A stretch of 63,216 bases of DNA, filler included, from Asterionella formosa (lineage: Eukaryota), in the NCBI GenBank assembly GCA_002256025.1. It is 19 parts of 19 records of this genome, joined end to end, with 100 filler letters (N's around TTAATTAATTAA, not from the genome) between each part and the next. Parts side by side here need not be neighbours in the genome. Positions count along the whole stretch, not along the records: positions 61,976 to 63,216 come from NKIB01003463.1; 18 more parts are not named here. One strand, 5' to 3'. How positions within the stretch are numbered: the first letter of the stretch is position 1; each line of letters opens with the position of its first letter. Made by a program: the position numbers and the translations under genes. Below the pieces are notes generated by a model. It did not search any database, was not told the origin of the DNA, and saw only the letters and a list, made by a program, of their open reading frames with translations. This document shows, in pieces, positions 61,976 through 63,216 of this stretch.

Positions 61976-62606
61976 CGGCGATGCTTTCTGGCAGCAGGTA
62001 GGAATTTTCGCCGGAACTCGTGCACTTGTTGGCAGCGAGGTTCGTCATGCCGCGCGGGCTTTCCTCTGAGATGCAGGCGGGTTTTCCGCCGACGACAATC
62101 ATGATGGTCGAGGACGAATGCGCATAAGGCGCCCAAATCTGGCCGCGGTCTGTCTGGATCGGCCAGCTTTTCAGATAAAGATACGTGCCAGCAAACGACA
62201 CAAGCATTCCAAGCGCGCAGATCGCCATCGCCGTGCGCCGGGACAACGCTCTCACTTGCAGCGCAGGCAGCGGGCCGGGCTTTATCGTCAGTCGATATTC
62301 ACCTTTGGGAATGGACAAGGCACCAGCAGGGCCGGGATCATTTTCCGAATAAAAATCCATCAGCTTGGCTCGCAGCCGGTGCATGTGCACCCTCACCTGA
62401 GCTTCAAGGCCGGCCTCCTGCGCGTCATCGCCGAAGATCTGATAGGCGATTTCGATATCTTTCGGGGGCGTCGGTCTGCGGGCGTGGCTGACAAGATAGT
62501 CGAACAAGGTTTGCAGCGCAGGGGACCGGCTCAACGCGCCGCTCGCCTTAATGCGCGCAGCCTCTGCCTCGATTTCGTTCACCACGGCCATCCCTTCCCC
62601 CGTCAC
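61976..62606 (-). CDS. Bacterial membrane-anchored winged-helix transcriptional regulator, 3' end cut
   Basis: LFDYLV..KDIEIAYQIFG..VRVHMHRLRAKL..IPKGEY.L then one TM helix; GC-rich, intronless. Confidence 0.75.
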
Positions 62607-62959
62607 ATTGCCCCGTGTGCGTTCATGGATTTTTCAACCGCACCCTCTTTCGGGAAGCTCCTGATCCTGCGGCGAAAATTTCCGTTTCTTCACAAAGATC
62701 AGACCCGTTTCCTTTACGCTTTTCATCCCATGGTTGGAACCCAAAAAGCGCTGCCAGTCAGGTATCAAACCATTAAGCCAGCCGGGTAAGGGGAGCATCC
62801 CATCCAAAGCCGCAAGGGCGCAAGGCGGATGTTACACCCGCCTGTTACAAACTGTTACCTTCCAAGAAACCACATGAATATAGACTTGGGATGAGGCGGG
62901 CAATAGCCTTCAAAAAGGTTAGACAAATTGGTCTCTAGCTGGATTTCGGGTTGGCTGTC

Positions 62960-63216
62960 ATGGCGGCAGGCAGTGCCCAATCGGCACCTCCCCCATCACC
63001 ATTTGCCCAGCCAGAGGCGACCATAAACGCCATGCCCGACGGCACGGCCAGCCCGCAGCCGGCAGCTAGCGGGGAGATGATGATCGATCGCAACCTTGGC
63101 ACCATTGGAGATCACCCCTTTGCGCTGAGCGCACAGTTGCGGTCTGGCAACACGGACATGACAGCGCCGGCACCACGAACCGCTTGGGGGGCACCCGACC
63201 TCAACGGCATTTGGGT
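62960..63216 (+). CDS. Partial bacterial hypothetical protein, probably exported
   Basis: Open frame from ATG 62960 to window end, ending APRTAWGAPDLNGIW; true start uncertain. Confidence 0.5.
   Translation, partial: MAAGSAQSAPPPSPFAQPEATINAMPDGTASPQPAASGEMMIDRNLGTIGDHPFALSAQLRSGNTDMTAPAPRTAWGAPDLNGIW

Overview
This is not one locus. It is 19 contigs joined by 18 artificial 100-bp linkers (N44-TTAATTAATTAA-N44): two ~20.1-kb contigs (1-20138, 32338-52471) and seventeen ~1.24-kb contigs. Most of the DNA looks like a diatom nuclear genome: short GT-AG introns, bipartite plastid signals with AF/ASAF motifs, and a diatom-type Copia element. Contig 1 holds a serine racemase-like gene, CDC40, RRP8, a decayed Copia element, a BASS/SBF transporter, tRNA-Ala(CGC) and ELP4. 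Contig 2 holds a BCS1-like ATPase, an unknown S/TQ-cluster nuclear protein, two fibrillin-like genes, a GPI-type kelch protein, a GNAT, a methyltransferase, a 4-TM protein, a lumenal protein and a Rab11 pseudogene. The short contigs are mostly pieces of one mosaic repeat family carrying amplified PGRL1 fragments with reciprocal junctions to a 2OG-Fe(II) oxygenase-like locus. They also include a Copia LTR/gag without a tRNA primer site, a LINE RT fragment, an LRR gene interrupted by a twin-hairpin plus telomere-repeat element, and one bacterial contig. All identifications come from motif recognition by eye; no searches were run.
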